Source: a virus (lineage: Duplodnaviria > Caudoviricetes). From it: a stretch of 24,899 bases of DNA. The translations under genes and the position numbers were made by a program. The DNA is taken from IMG/VR virus record IMGVR_UViG_3300027762_000035, positions 1 to 24,899 of that record; one strand, written 5' to 3'. How positions within the stretch are numbered: position 1 is the stretch's first letter; every line of letters starts with the position of its first letter. The notes beneath the pieces are model-generated. The model was given only the letters and a program-made list of their open reading frames with translations, did not search any database and was not told the origin of the DNA. Of the stretch, positions 23,777 through 24,899 are shown piece after piece.

Positions 23777-24000
23777 TTTTGTTTCTTCAATTGTTGGGCG
23801 TAATCTTTAAGGTACGCAAGATGTTGAAGGACGACGTGCGTTGGAAGTTCCGTAATTTCTTCAATCCGCCGAATATCGTTTTGCGCCAATTCGATGATTG
23901 CCGGGTACCAACCCCATTTGATAGCGAACGCATCGCCTCCGCTTCCGTTTCCAGCAAAGAGTGAATCAAAGTTTGCAAACGTTGCGTTCTTATATTCCAA
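23773..24000 (-). CDS. -1 frame extension of the tail assembly chaperone (GT-like)
   Basis: Begins within the T9 run. KWGWYPAIIELAQNDIRRIEEITELP. Its stop overlaps the next ATG. Confidence 0.75.
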   Translation of the reverse strand: MEYKNATFANFDSLFAGNGSGGDAFAIKWGWYPAIIELAQNDIRRIEEITELPTHVVLQHLAYLKDYAQQLKKQK

Positions 24001-24449
24001 AAAAAAAGCATCGCGCCGCTGAACAAATCGGCGGGCATTTGCTTGAAGACGTCCGCGTTTTCCTTCGCGGTGTACTTCGCAATTACGTATTTGTCACCGC
24101 CGCGCATCCGAACGGGTCGGTATAGGACGCTCATTAGGCGATGCGCGTTCGGCCAAAAGTCGGATTGGTATTTTTCGCAATCAATCCATTCGCCAATTGA
24201 GAATTCGCCCCAATCGTTTACAAAGCCGTATTCAACGCCATTCATCCGAAACGTATTCCGGTGTATTGCGGTTTCCGTTAAGCCGTTAAACGCGCTTAAA
24301 ACGGCCTCAATTTCAACGGGCGTCAATTCCCGCGCCTTCGCTTCGGATATATTGAGCAATGCGGCCGCCTTGACGATATCGGAAGCGTCGGATAACGCGA
24401 CCTGCAATTGGCCCAATGTTAGGTCACTCCAGTTCTTCGGCGGCTTCAT
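23787..24449 (-). CDS. Tail assembly chaperone (G-like)
   Basis: PKNWSDLTLGQL...YGFVNDWGEFSIGEWID...MSVLYRP...GAMLFFW. Confidence 0.7.
   Translation of the reverse strand: MKPPKNWSDLTLGQLQVALSDASDIVKAAALLNISEAKARELTPVEIEAVLSAFNGLTETAIHRNTFRMNGVEYGFVNDWGEFSIGEWIDCEKYQSDFWPNAHRLMSVLYRPVRMRGGDKYVIAKYTAKENADVFKQMPADLFSGAMLFFWNIRTQRLQTLIHSLLETEAEAMRSLSNGVGTRQSSNWRKTIFGGLKKLRNFQRTSSFNILRTLKITPNN
23999..24007 (-). other. Programmed -1 frameshift slippery site
   Basis: ATG CTT TTT TTT TGG contains T_TTT_TTT. A -1 slip gives ...TTG GAA TAT. Confidence 0.75.
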
Positions 24450-24481
24450 TGTATGATTGACGTTGAATGTTTGATTTTCTG

Positions 24482-24489
24482 CAAAGTTA
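24482..24489 (-). promoter_or_regulatory. -7 box TAACTTTG ahead of the structural operon
   Basis: Exact TAnnTTTG between the terL terminator and the chaperone ATG. No clear -33 element. Confidence 0.5.
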
Positions 24490-24495
24490 GGGCAT

Positions 24496-24517
24496 AAAAA
24501 AAGGCGCCGTAGCGCCT
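24496..24517 (-). terminator. Intrinsic terminator after terL
   Basis: AGGCGC-TACG-GCGCCT-TTTTTT. Confidence 0.85.
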
Positions 24518-24527
24518 CGTTTGTAGT

Positions 24528-24899
24528 TCACCCAATGCGATATCGCCCAAAGTTCGGGTTGCTCAAATTGAAGGTCGCCGCATACCGGGCCGCGTCGATT
24601 GCGTGATTGAAGGCGTCGACGGGTTCGTTCAGGATTCGCCCGTTCTTGTCTTCGCGCCATTTGTAGTTCCGTAGTTCCTTCAGTAGGTTGACGCTTCGCG
24701 CGGTTATGTACAAAGGTTTGGAATGCAGGTACTGAATGCCTGAACGTACCGAATCCGGCCCTTTGCGCGCCGCGTGTACGTTCAACCCGTATCCGTGTAG
24801 TTCGTCGATTGATTTTGGTTCGGCGGAATCCGCAATGATAGGCGCCTTCCCTACGTCCAGCAACTTCGCAATTTGCCGGTTCGCCAATCCCGATTGATA
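24528..24899 (-). CDS. terL: Terminase large subunit, C-terminal nuclease part (enters from the window edge)
   Basis: IIADSAEPKSIDEL...KGPDSVRSGI...KELRNYKW...PVDAFNHAIDAARY. Confidence 0.95.
   Translation of the reverse strand, partial: YQSGLANRQIAKLLDVGKAPIIADSAEPKSIDELHGYGLNVHAARKGPDSVRSGIQYLHSKPLYITARSVNLLKELRNYKWREDKNGRILNEPVDAFNHAIDAARYAATFNLSNPNFGRYRIG

Noticed and set aside
47-24456. Many long plus-strand ORFs (e.g. 11398-12168, 14289-15110, 20281-21111, 21588-22307)
   Set aside because: They are shadows of minus-strand genes and carry no recognisable motifs.
1-24899. Stop-codon reassignment
   Set aside because: Genes are intact and tightly coupled under the standard code, and TGA, TAA and at least one TAG (4832) act as stops.

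Overview
The window looks like a nearly complete, circularly permuted genome of a small tailed phage (siphovirus-like) of a Bacteroidota host. All credible genes are on the minus strand. The large terminase is split across the two ends (N-terminus at 311->1, C-terminus at 24899->24528), which implies a genome only a few hundred bp longer than the window (inference). Order in the direction of transcription: terL C-terminus; tail chaperone with a T9 -1 frameshift site; tail-terminator/fibre fusion; LamG lectin; three microproteins; tail genes; tape measure; prohead protease; scaffold; major capsid; tail tube; portal; adaptor; lysis cassette; early/replication genes (SSB-like, HTH, initiator containing iterons, NinG, ECF-like sigma, RecE-like nuclease, ParB-like); terS; terL N-terminus. 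I saw no integrase, CRISPR array, tRNA or methyltransferase. The most interesting signal is a candidate ~70-nt RNA (about 7541->7473). It has its own Bacteroidota-type promoter and terminator, and it is antisense to a leader/start-codon motif (AUCAAACAAC...CGAUGAA) shared by about seven early genes. It may be a trans-acting, multi-target translational silencer. All protein calls come from motif recognition by eye; no database searches were run.
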